From a virus, in the IMG/VR virus record IMGVR_UViG_3300048910_000190, positions 113,158-135,339 of that record: DNA of 22,182 nt; one strand, given 5' to 3'. The notes beneath the pieces were generated by a model. The model worked only from the letters and a program-made list of their open reading frames with translations. It had not been told where the DNA came from and searched no databases. Position numbers and translations under genes: made by a program. Below, piece after piece: positions 7,422-15,007 of this stretch; the first letter of the stretch is position 1; each line of letters opens with the position of its first letter.

Positions 7422-7508
7422 GCCACCCGCTGCGCCCGGCAACGTCGGGCGCAGCCCACCTTCCACCACCTGCACCGCTGGAAAGCGGGCCAACGCTGGA
7501 GACCCCTG

Positions 7509-8459
7509 TTGAGCATCATCCCGGCCTCGGAGCCCCCAGAGGGCGCCCGCGCGGCTGGAGGCGGCTACTGGTTCACGCCTCTGCCCGTGTACCTGGTCGA
7601 CGCGGCGTTCGACCCGTCGAGTCCGGTCAACGCACCCGCAGCCATGCTGTGGGCACACATCCACCGTCACTATGCCTGGCGGCGCCGGGTCTTCCCGTCG
7701 TACGCCACGCTGGCGCAAGAGACCTCCCAGAGCGAGAGTGCCGTGAAACGGCAGCTGACGGCCCTGAAGGCGGCCGGGGCGCTCACCTGGGGGGCCACCT
7801 ACGGGGCCAAGGGGCGCAGCAGCAACGAGTACGCGCTGGCCCCGATGAAGCCGTTCGACTTCGACCGCTCGGTGGAGGTCAAAAGTGAGCTGCACCCTCC
7901 GGTGGAGGTCAGAAATGACCTGGGGGTGGAGGTCAAAAATGACCCGAACCCCCAGGTCAGAAATGACCTAGGAGTAAAGAGCACAGAAGAAGTAAGAGCA
8001 TCTCTCTCTCCTCGCCTGCCCAAGCGGCCCAAGGAGCCTTCCGCCGCCACAGGCGAGAGAGAGACCACGGCTGCGCCGCACAACGACCAGACCGCCCCGA
8101 TCGTCGACGCCTGGCAGCAAGCCCGCGGCGGACGCCGCAACCCCGCAGCCGAGAAGCAGATCGCCGCAACCGCAGCCGAACTCCTCCTCGCCGGCTGGAC
8201 TATCGACGACCTCACCGCCCTCGCCGTCGACATGGCCGCCAAGTACCCCACCGGCCGGGACCTCACCCGCCACGCCGACCACTGGCAGCCACCCAAGACC
8301 GCCACACCAAAGCCCGGACCCGCCGCGGGCCTGCCTACGCCCTGCCAGACCTGCGAAGCCGCCCACCCAGCCGCGCGCTTCAACCCCCGCCTGCGCACCA
8401 CCACCAACGGCGAACCGTGCCCCAACTGCCACCCTGACGCCGCGCCCCTCGCGGCCTGA
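7509..8459 (+). CDS. Phage replication initiator (N-terminal winged HTH, lambda O/replisome-organizer-like layout)
   Basis: FPSYATLAQETSQSESAVKRQLTALKAAGAL...SNEY; internal iterons; C-terminal CxxC...CxxC; directly upstream of DnaB. Confidence 0.82.
   Translation: MSIIPASEPPEGARAAGGGYWFTPLPVYLVDAAFDPSSPVNAPAAMLWAHIHRHYAWRRRVFPSYATLAQETSQSESAVKRQLTALKAAGALTWGATYGAKGRSSNEYALAPMKPFDFDRSVEVKSELHPPVEVRNDLGVEVKNDPNPQVRNDLGVKSTEEVRASLSPRLPKRPKEPSAATGERETTAAPHNDQTAPIVDAWQQARGGRRNPAAEKQIAATAAELLLAGWTIDDLTALAVDMAAKYPTGRDLTRHADHWQPPKTATPKPGPAAGLPTPCQTCEAAHPAARFNPRLRTTTNGEPCPNCHPDAAPLAA
7871..8064. repeat. Putative replication origin: four iterons, purine-rich tract and inverted repeat inside the initiator gene
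   Basis: GGTCA-N4-TGA(C/G)C at 7877, 7907, 7931, 7955; A/G-rich 7971-8000; inverted repeat 8001-8018/8050-8064. Confidence 0.8.
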
Positions 8460-8476
8460 CCCACCAGGACCAGAAC

Positions 8477-9850
8477 GTGACCCTGTTCGACGACGAACCC
8501 GACCCGCACGCCAAGCCCACCGGCGCCCCCGCCGACCGCACCCCGCCGCAGAACATCCCAGCCGAGCAGGCCGTCATCGGCGCGATGCTCCTCTCGAAGG
8601 ACGCCATCACCGAAGTCGCAGACATCCTCACCGCCGAGCACTACTACCGCGGCGCCCACCAACTGCTCCACCGGGTCATCCTCGACCTGTACCAGCGCGG
8701 AGAGCCCGCCGACCCCTTCACCGTCGCAAGCGCCCTCGACCCTGCTGAGCTTGCTCGCATCGGCGGCCGGAGCTACCTGCACGACTGCGTCAACGCGACG
8801 CCGACCGCGGCGAACGCCGGATACCACGCCAACATCGTCAAGGCCACCGCCACGCTCCGCGAGGTCATCGAGGCTGGCACGAAACTCGTCCAGTCCGGGT
8901 ACGCCGCCGCCAGCGACGACGCCGACGAGGTACTCGACCACGCCGCTTCCCTACTGCACAAGCTCACCACCGCCACGTCCAGCACCACTGCCGTCAGCCG
9001 CGAGAAGCCCCTCGACGAAGTCCTCGACAACACCATGGCCGCGTACTTCAACCCTGGCGACGGGTCGCTGCCGATCCCGTACGCCGACCTTGCGGAACTT
9101 GCGCCGGTCGAGAAGACCGACCTGGTCGTTGTGGCGGCCTCCCCGGGCATGGGCAAGACCACGGTCATGACGGACTGGGCGCGGTGTGTGTCGATCGCCA
9201 ACGACGGGCGGACGCTCATCGGAAGCATGGAGATGCCGCACACCCAGATCGGCCAGCGGATCATCTGCGCCGAGGCCGGCGTCAACCTGAAGCGGTTCCG
9301 CGCCCGCGTCCTGAACCGGGATGAGATGCAGCAGGTCGACGACGCGATCCAGCGGATTCACCTGAAGCGGTTGCGGGTTGACGACTCGCCGCGGGTGCCG
9401 GTGTCCCGGATGAAGACCCGGCTGCGTCAGCTGGAGGCCATCGGGGAGCTGCCGGACCTGTATGTCGTCGACTACTTGCAGATCGCGAAGGCGGAGGCCG
9501 AGGCGGGAGCGAGCCGTGTCACCCAGGTCGACAGCATCGCGGTCGGATTGAAGGAACTGGCGCAGGAGTTCCAGATCGTCGTGGTGGCCGCCGCCCAGTT
9601 GAACCGGCAGGTGGCGCAGCGGCCGGACAAGGTCCCGATGATGTCTGACCTGCGGGAGTCGGGCGGCATCGAGCAGAACGCCAATGTCGTGATCTTGCTC
9701 CATCGGGAGGACTACTACGAGAAGGAGTCCCCGCGCGCTGGTGAACTCGACCTGATTGTGGCGAAGAACCGCATGGGAACAACCGGCACCGCCACAGTGG
9801 CCTTCAAGGGGCACCTTGCCCATGCCTGCGACATGAACACCACCAACTAG
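8477..9850 (+). CDS. dnaB: Replicative DNA helicase (element-encoded DnaB)
   Basis: PPQN..AEQAVIGAML N-domain; ASPGMGKT, SMEM, VVDYLQ, AQLNR, SDLRESGGIEQ, AKNR motifs. Confidence 0.96.
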   Translation: MTLFDDEPDPHAKPTGAPADRTPPQNIPAEQAVIGAMLLSKDAITEVADILTAEHYYRGAHQLLHRVILDLYQRGEPADPFTVASALDPAELARIGGRSYLHDCVNATPTAANAGYHANIVKATATLREVIEAGTKLVQSGYAAASDDADEVLDHAASLLHKLTTATSSTTAVSREKPLDEVLDNTMAAYFNPGDGSLPIPYADLAELAPVEKTDLVVVAASPGMGKTTVMTDWARCVSIANDGRTLIGSMEMPHTQIGQRIICAEAGVNLKRFRARVLNRDEMQQVDDAIQRIHLKRLRVDDSPRVPVSRMKTRLRQLEAIGELPDLYVVDYLQIAKAEAEAGASRVTQVDSIAVGLKELAQEFQIVVVAAAQLNRQVAQRPDKVPMMSDLRESGGIEQNANVVILLHREDYYEKESPRAGELDLIVAKNRMGTTGTATVAFKGHLAHACDMNTTN

Positions 9851-9867
9851 CCCACAGGAGAACCCTC

Positions 9868-10623
9868 GTGAACGAGTCCCTTTCCACCCCCTGGCCCGAC
9901 CTCAACGCCCACATTGACCTCCACCCCGGCGCGCTGATCCTCCTCGCCGGGCCGGTCAGCTCCGGCACGTCGATGGCCGCACTCAACATCGCCACCCACA
10001 TCGGCTTCGACCTCGGCCACCGAGTACTCCTGTACTCCACCGAGATCAACCACCACGGCACGATGAGCCGCATCATCTCCGAGCGCCTCGGTATCGACAG
10101 CGCCAAGATGCACAACGGCGGCGCCACCGAGCAGGAGATGGCCCGCATCAAGGCGTACGGGCCGAAGATCGCCGACACTCTCGTCGAGATCTGGGAGGAC
10201 TCTCCGGTCAACATCCCGGCGATCCGGAAGAACCTGCAGAACCGCGCGTCCAGCGACAGGCCGACGCGCCTGGTGATGGTAGACGGCCTGGAGCTCGTGG
10301 CCATGGCCTCCCGCTGGAACTCCGAGGACGGAACGGGTCGCGGGCAGCAGCAGATCGTCGCGCTGCGAGACCTGGCGCGGGAGTTCGGTGTCACGATCGT
10401 CGCTACAGCTCACCTGTCGCGCCGGATCTCGTGGGAGCCGCAGGCTACCGATCTGGTGAGTGGCCTGGGTGAGGCGGCAGACACGGTGCTGCTGCTGCAC
10501 TCGCCGGCGGCTGACGAGGTCGTGGTGACGGTCGCGAAGAACCGTCAGGGCGAGTCCGGGGGACGTGTTCGCCTGTCGTGGCAGCCGGAGTTCACGCGCC
10601 TGCGGTCGTACGGCCAGGTCTGA
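9868..10623 (+). CDS. DnaB-like C-terminal-domain-only protein with degenerate Walker A
   Basis: STPWPDLN, AGPVSSGTS, STE, VDGLEL, LRDLAREFGV, ADTVLLLH, AKNRQG; AGGAG RBS. Confidence 0.85.
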   Translation: MNESLSTPWPDLNAHIDLHPGALILLAGPVSSGTSMAALNIATHIGFDLGHRVLLYSTEINHHGTMSRIISERLGIDSAKMHNGGATEQEMARIKAYGPKIADTLVEIWEDSPVNIPAIRKNLQNRASSDRPTRLVMVDGLELVAMASRWNSEDGTGRGQQQIVALRDLAREFGVTIVATAHLSRRISWEPQATDLVSGLGEAADTVLLLHSPAADEVVVTVAKNRQGESGGRVRLSWQPEFTRLRSYGQV

Positions 10624-10690
10624 CGCCCGCCGGGGGCGTTGCACTTCCGCGACGCCCCCTCGCCTGCCCGATGACGGCCCCCCGGCAGCA

Positions 10691-10727
10691 CCGTGCCCCC
10701 GTCGTTCACAGCTCGGCGGGGGCACGG
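10691..10727 (+). terminator. GC-rich hairpin after the replication module
   Basis: CCGTGCCCCCGTCG-9nt-CGGCGGGGGCACGG. Confidence 0.6.
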
Positions 10728-10888
10728 CAGGGGTGAGCCCCCTCAGCCGGTGACGCTACCCCCGACGCGCACCGGGGTCTACATCTTCTGCTCCTCACCT
10801 GCGAGTTGAGCGCATTCCGACACGTCACGGGGGTACCCGCATACCCCCATATACGAGACAATTGACCGTAAATCCGGAGGTATCACCC

Positions 10889-11251
10889 ATGACCCTCACG
10901 CCCTCCCGCATCCAGCGCCGCCGCACGGCCGGCTGGCGCAAGCCCGACAACACCGTGATCGTCACCAGGCCCAGCAGGTTCGGGAACCCGTTCACCCTCA
11001 CCCTCGCCTACGACCTCGGCTTCGCCCGGCACGGCGACACCGAGACCGCCCGCGCCGCGTGCGTTGGCGCGTTCGAAGAGTGGATCCGCGGCAACCGCGA
11101 CATGTGGCGCTCCGAGAAGGGCGACCAGGCCCGTCAGCGGATCCTCGACGGACTGCCGGAGCTGCGCGGCAAGAACCTCGCCTGCTGGTGCCCGACCGAC
11201 GGGCCGTGCCACGCAGATGTCTTGATGCGTCTCGCGAGCCGGGAGGCCTGA
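10889..11251 (+). CDS. DUF4326 domain protein
   Basis: RIQRRR..GWRKP...RPSRFGNPF...LRGKNLACWC....CHADVL; GGAGG RBS. Confidence 0.85.
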   Translation: MTLTPSRIQRRRTAGWRKPDNTVIVTRPSRFGNPFTLTLAYDLGFARHGDTETARAACVGAFEEWIRGNRDMWRSEKGDQARQRILDGLPELRGKNLACWCPTDGPCHADVLMRLASREA

Positions 11252-11254
11252 CCG

Positions 11255-11488
11255 ATGGCCACCTCTACCGTGTGGGTGCGTCAGGAGGGCGAGATGCCCG
11301 GCGGCCCGATCTACGCCGACGACACCATCGCCCGACGGCTCACCGCCCGCGACTACGCCGACGCCCACGACACCGACGAGGACGACCTGACGTGGCAGCA
11401 GGCTGGCGGCCGGTTCGAGCTCTTCGACTGCGGTGACGACACCGACTGGTTCATCCAGCCCGTCCCTGTGATCACCGGGGAGGTGTAA
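11255..11488 (+). CDS. Acidic hypothetical protein, 77 aa
   Basis: GGAGG RBS, operon tiling. Confidence 0.8.
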   Translation: MATSTVWVRQEGEMPGGPIYADDTIARRLTARDYADAHDTDEDDLTWQQAGGRFELFDCGDDTDWFIQPVPVITGEV

Positions 11489-11491
11489 GCG

Positions 11492-11830
11492 ATGGCCACC
11501 ACGCCCGACCAGGCCTCCGGCCCGTGCCCGGTCTCCCCGTGCGACTGGGACCTCGAAGGCACCCTCGAAGAGCACCTGTACTGCGACCACGACGAGGAGC
11601 AGCTGTCGAAGGCCCTCGTACGGGTCGCGCTGGAGAACGACGGGCTGCGCGCCGAGCTGGACAAGGTTGACCACGCTCTCACCGCCGCGAAGGTGGGCGG
11701 CTACCAGGCCGCCGCTCGTGACGCCACGGACCTCCTGACGGGCCACGGGCCCGACGCGGAGATGATCGTGCGCTTCCTCCAGCAGCGCGGTGCCGAGCTG
11801 CACGAGTCCGCAGCGGCTACGGAGGCATGA
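11492..11830 (+). CDS. Hypothetical protein with C2H2-like N-terminus and coiled coil
   Basis: CPVSPC...HLYCDH; GGAGG RBS. Confidence 0.8.
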   Translation: MATTPDQASGPCPVSPCDWDLEGTLEEHLYCDHDEEQLSKALVRVALENDGLRAELDKVDHALTAAKVGGYQAAARDATDLLTGHGPDAEMIVRFLQQRGAELHESAAATEA

Positions 11831-11833
11831 CCG

Positions 11834-12103
11834 ATGCCCAACTTCGACCGTGACCCCGAGGCCCTCGCCTGGGCCCGCACCAAGCTCCAGCACCACATCG
11901 ACAAGCTCGCCAGCTGGGAGCAGCAAGCCGCCGAGCAGGACAAGACCGAGCAGGCCGACCACTGGCGGCGCGTGAAGCACTACCTGCAGCGGAAGTTCAT
12001 CGGCGGCCACGGCTGCGTGATCGCCGCGTTCGACGAGCGACTGCCCGCACACCTGGACATGCTCGACCGGGCCCGCCAGAAGGAGACCACCACCCATGAC
12101 TGA
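11834..12103 (+). CDS. Hypothetical protein, 89 aa
   Basis: GGAGG RBS, operon tiling. Confidence 0.8.
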   Translation: MPNFDRDPEALAWARTKLQHHIDKLASWEQQAAEQDKTEQADHWRRVKHYLQRKFIGGHGCVIAAFDERLPAHLDMLDRARQKETTTHD

Positions 12104-12210
12104 CCGCCAGTCGCCCGGCCAGACCGCCTACACGGCATACGGGCACACCAGGCTGCACGTGCGTCGCCGACATGTACGACCAGGCCAGGGACGACGAAGG
12201 AGCAGCATGA
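12096..12210 (+). pseudogene. Probable deletion remnant joining the start of one gene to the end of another
   Basis: AAGGAG RBS then MTDRQSPGQTAYTAYG; another frame reads GCTCVADMYDQARDDEGAA-stop coupled to 12207. Confidence 0.4.
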
Positions 12211-12521
12211 CCGTGCCGATCGAGATCCGCCACCGCACAGCGGCAGGGCGCCTCAACTACATCACCGAGCAGCTCGGCAAGGTCCACGCCCAGGACTCCG
12301 CCGGGCAGGCCACCCTCATCGCCGCTGAGCAACTGCTCACAGGCGTGGCCGAAGAACTCGCTGCGGCGGAGACATTCCGGCCCGGAATGGTCCTCGGCTG
12401 GAACGACTGCGATCCCGTCGCCGTCTGCCACTGCGGCGCCCGCCTCGCCGGCGACTCCGTCAACGACGCCGTACTCGCCTGGACCCAGCACCTCACCAGC
12501 ATCCACAAGGGGCAGTGGTGA
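12207..12521 (+). CDS. Hypothetical protein, 104 aa, C-terminal CxCG...W..H motif
   Basis: GAAGGAG RBS before ATG 12207. Confidence 0.75.
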   Translation: MTVPIEIRHRTAAGRLNYITEQLGKVHAQDSAGQATLIAAEQLLTGVAEELAAAETFRPGMVLGWNDCDPVAVCHCGARLAGDSVNDAVLAWTQHLTSIHKGQW

Positions 12522-12608
12522 CCGTCCCGACCTTCACCGGACTTTCCCTCGACGTGCGACCGGACCGGTGGGACACTCCGTGATCCGGCTGCACGATCCG
12601 AAGGAGAC

Positions 12609-12788
12609 ATGATGGCCGACGCGGACTGGCTGACTAGCGAGATGATCGACACTGCCGGGTCATTCACGAGCGGGTTCATGGCGAAGCGGATTGCCGAGGG
12701 CACGGCGGCACCGGCCGGGCCGCAGCGGGACTCGGAGATGGTTGAGGTGTTCACGCAAGTGGTTACGCTGTTGAGGTCCCGCCCCTGA
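12609..12788 (+). CDS. Hypothetical protein, 59 aa (MMADADWLTSEM...)
   Basis: GAAGGAG RBS; below ORF-track cutoff. Confidence 0.55.
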   Translation: MMADADWLTSEMIDTAGSFTSGFMAKRIAEGTAAPAGPQRDSEMVEVFTQVVTLLRSRP

Positions 12789-12923
12789 CGCCCCAGCAGC
12801 ACGAGGCGCAGCCCGCAAGGCACAGAACGGCCCCCAGTAACCCCGCAGGGCCCGCCTGGCTGTCCGGTGCCAGCGAGGGGCCGGGAGGCCGCTGGCGGGC
12901 GACGGGTGCAGTCAGGCGGGCCG

Positions 12924-13466
12924 TCACCGCCCCAGTGCCGCCCGCTCCTCTCGGTTCAGCACACCATCCCGCGCGGCAGCCCACCACAACGCCCAGACAC
13001 GCCGCCAATCAGTCCACGCCTCGTAGTCCACGAACACCGGCGGTGGCGGGCTCCCCTCCGGCAGCTCCCACAGCTGCTCCCCGTCCAGGCCCATGCCCTG
13101 CCTGTTGTGCCAGGGGAACTCCGCCCGGATCGCCGCCAGCTCGATCCTCTCCGCCTCGTGGCCGCCGCAGTCCAGCCACTCGATCACAGTTCGGGCGGTG
13201 TCAACCTCCGGCCACCACTCGGCCCTGTGGTGCTCCTTGAAACGGCGCTTCGGGTCCACGCTGATCCCGACGTACAGCAGGTAGCCGTCCGAGGTGAACA
13301 GCCGGTACAAGGCCGTCGGGCCGGCTTCGACGCGGGTGTTCCGTTCGGCGACTGCCGCCTGCCAGCACGGGTAGCAGCGGTCACCGGGCCACCGGCCGGG
13401 GGAGTGGCTGCCGCAGTCGGCGCACCGGCCGGCGCCGTGGGTGCCGAGCGTCACATCGTGGGTCAC
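12924..13466 (-). CDS. GIY-YIG nuclease family protein with N-terminal CxxC...CxxC
   Basis: TALYRLF....YLLYVGIS....RRFKEH...WW, conserved E and N (FPWHN). Confidence 0.85.
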   Translation of the reverse strand: MTHDVTLGTHGAGRCADCGSHSPGRWPGDRCYPCWQAAVAERNTRVEAGPTALYRLFTSDGYLLYVGISVDPKRRFKEHHRAEWWPEVDTARTVIEWLDCGGHEAERIELAAIRAEFPWHNRQGMGLDGEQLWELPEGSPPPPVFVDYEAWTDWRRVWALWWAAARDGVLNREERAALGR

Positions 13467-13472
13467 AACGCC

Positions 13473-13494
13473 AGCGTGGCAGCCACCACCGACA
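13473..13494 (-). promoter_or_regulatory. PafBC/RecA-NDp-type promoter for a leaderless GIY-YIG transcript
   Basis: TGTCGG-N10-CACGCT, 6 nt before the GTG start. Confidence 0.65.
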
Positions 13495-13560
13495 AGCAGC
13501 CCTATGGTGGTGCTGTCAGCCGTCCGGGACGGTTGCGGGCGGCCCGAACAGCCCCCGGCC

Positions 13561-13582
13561 TGTCACCCCGGCCCGGTACCGT
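13561..13582 (+). promoter_or_regulatory. PafBC/RecA-NDp-type promoter for a leaderless resolvase-like transcript
   Basis: TGTCAC-N10-TACCGT, 6 nt before the ATG start. Confidence 0.62.
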
Positions 13583-13588
13583 GACCGC

Positions 13589-14113
13589 ATGGACGCCCTC
13601 ACCCCCGCCATCGGCTTCACCCGAGCCAAGACATCCACAAGCCACGGTCGGCAGCGGTCCCTCATCGGCACCCTCGCCGCCAACACCGACCACGAGATCG
13701 TCACCTGGTCGGAGGACCTCGACGAGACGCTCGACCTGGTGAAGGCCGACCCGGCCCGGACCGTAATCGCCATGGACGTGCCCCGGTTCAGCCGCAACGC
13801 TAGCGAGGCCGTTGACTGGGTGCGGAAGGTGCACGAGGCGGGCGGCCGGGTGCTGACGCTCGACGGGCCACTCGATCCGGGCAGTCTGGGCGCAGATGTC
13901 CTTCTGCGGCTTGCCGCCGGCCGTGATGAGGTTGACAAGGTGGCCCGGAAGGCAGCTGAGGCCGTGTACGTGCACCGCAGTACCACCAAGGACGAGTCAT
14001 CGGTGAACGCCCAGCAGCAGGCCGCCGAGGCGTGGGCCGCAGCCGAGAAGCTCGGCTACGAGGTGGTCGCGGTCGACGGCACCCTGCTCGGCGGTGAGCC
14101 GCCCCGCCCCTGA
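13589..14113 (+). CDS. Serine recombinase (resolvase) catalytic-domain-like protein, atypical, no DNA-binding domain
   Basis: IGFTR, DVPRFSRN, AGGRVLTLDGPLD, then a second YVHRST...Q...GYEVV segment. Confidence 0.65.
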   Translation: MDALTPAIGFTRAKTSTSHGRQRSLIGTLAANTDHEIVTWSEDLDETLDLVKADPARTVIAMDVPRFSRNASEAVDWVRKVHEAGGRVLTLDGPLDPGSLGADVLLRLAAGRDEVDKVARKAAEAVYVHRSTTKDESSVNAQQQAAEAWAAAEKLGYEVVAVDGTLLGGEPPRP

Positions 14114-14128
14114 CCCCTGGCACAGCTG

Positions 14129-14158
14129 CGCCCCACCGTGAAGCTCACCGGTGGGGCG
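14129..14158. terminator. Hairpin between convergent genes
   Basis: CGCCCCACCG-10nt-CGGTGGGGCG. Confidence 0.7.
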
Positions 14159-14172
14159 TTGTCGTACCTGGG

Positions 14173-14451
14173 TCACGGGCCGTCGGGGGAGGAGGGGGAG
14201 GTCTTGGGTTTCGGCGGTCGACCGCCCTGGTTGGTGCGATCCCATGTCTCGCCCCACTTCTCGACGTCGGCGCGTTCCCAGACGCGGCCGGAGCTGAGCG
14301 TGGCGATCGGTGCGGGGAAGTCACGCTTCTTGCTGATCGCGTAGGCGCGCTGCCTCGTGATGTCGAACATCTTCCCGATCTCGGTGAGGCCGACGGGGTT
14401 GCTGGCTGTCATGGTCTCGATCATCTCGGTTCTCGTTTCCCTGGTCAACAT
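14173..14451 (-). CDS. AlpA/MerR-like small HTH DNA-binding protein (start uncertain)
   Basis: VGLTEIGKMFDITRQRA......DFPAPIATLSSGRVW...DVEKW; GGRP tail. Confidence 0.8.
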   Translation of the reverse strand: MLTRETRTEMIETMTASNPVGLTEIGKMFDITRQRAYAISKKRDFPAPIATLSSGRVWERADVEKWGETWDRTNQGGRPPKPKTSPSSPDGP

Positions 14452-14500
14452 GATGTCCTATGTAAACGTGTTGACAGAGTACCTGGGTTGGCCCCATGAT
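14443..14500 (+). promoter_or_regulatory. Sigma70-type promoter for the rightward operon with overlapping palindromic operator
   Basis: TTGACA 14471-14476, 18 nt, CATGAT 14495-14500; TGTAAAC-gt-GTTGACA at 14461-14476. Confidence 0.65.
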
Positions 14501-14540
14501 AGAAGCGCAACGAAGGACCGAGCAACCCACGGAGGCCCCG

Positions 14541-14813
14541 ATGTCGAAGACCCTCACCGCCGCCCAGCAGAGCGCCGCGAAGGCCAAGGCCGGCATCCTC
14601 AACCAGATCGCCGCCCGCTCCACCGAGCAGCTCTGCTACGACTTCGCGCTGACCGAGGGCATGCCCGTCACCGACGGAGCGATCTCCAAGGTCCGAGGCT
14701 GGCTCATGGACGAGCTGGAGCAGCGCGACGAGGACGCGTTCGACGCCTGGGTGTTCTCCGACGAGAACCTGCCGCACCACTTCTTCGGCGTCGCCCCCGC
14801 GCAACTCATCTGA
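14541..14813 (+). CDS. Hypothetical protein, 90 aa
   Basis: GGAGG RBS before ATG 14541. Confidence 0.82.
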   Translation: MSKTLTAAQQSAAKAKAGILNQIAARSTEQLCYDFALTEGMPVTDGAISKVRGWLMDELEQRDEDAFDAWVFSDENLPHHFFGVAPAQLI

Positions 14814-14863
14814 CCCTCCGCCCCGTGGCCCTTCGGGGCCAACCTGCCCCAGGAGATGGACCC

Positions 14864-15007
14864 ATGACCGACACCTTCGATGACCAGGACGACCGTGAGC
14901 CGTGCGGCGAGTCCGGCTGCCTCTGCTACCACTACGGCGGCAAGCACGGCCCGTGCGGCTGCGACTGCCCGCGTGACGACTACGGCCAGCTGATCGAAGA
15001 GGGCTGA
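14864..15007 (+). CDS. 47-aa acidic Cys/His-rich microprotein
   Basis: MTDTFDDQDDREPCGESGCLCYHYGGKHGPCGCDCPRDDYGQLIEEG; AGGAG upstream. Confidence 0.7.
   Translation: MTDTFDDQDDREPCGESGCLCYHYGGKHGPCGCDCPRDDYGQLIEEG

Noticed and set aside
7429-7455. Hairpin upstream of the initiator gene as an RNA element
   Set aside because: Single GC-rich stem with no recognisable family features
7871-7970. Repeats as a mini CRISPR array
   Set aside because: Period only 24-30 bp, in frame within a gene, no spacers of proper size and no cas genes; better explained as iterons
8477-10623. Intein-split or frameshifted single dnaB
   Set aside because: First gene already has all motifs through KNR; second repeats the same domain; no intein motifs seen
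10883-12097. 404-aa minus-strand ORF and similar antisense ORFs (7799-8941, 14445-15362, 16452-17345)
   Set aside because: Antisense shadows of genes with clear RBSs and motifs on the opposite strand
12518-12583. 21-codon ORF (MTVPTFTGLSLDVRPDRWDTP) coupled to the previous gene
   Set aside because: Too short and unsupported; may be a truncated remnant
13589-14113. The element's integrase
   Set aside because: Too short, no recombinase/zinc-ribbon or HTH domain, canonical catalytic motif broken
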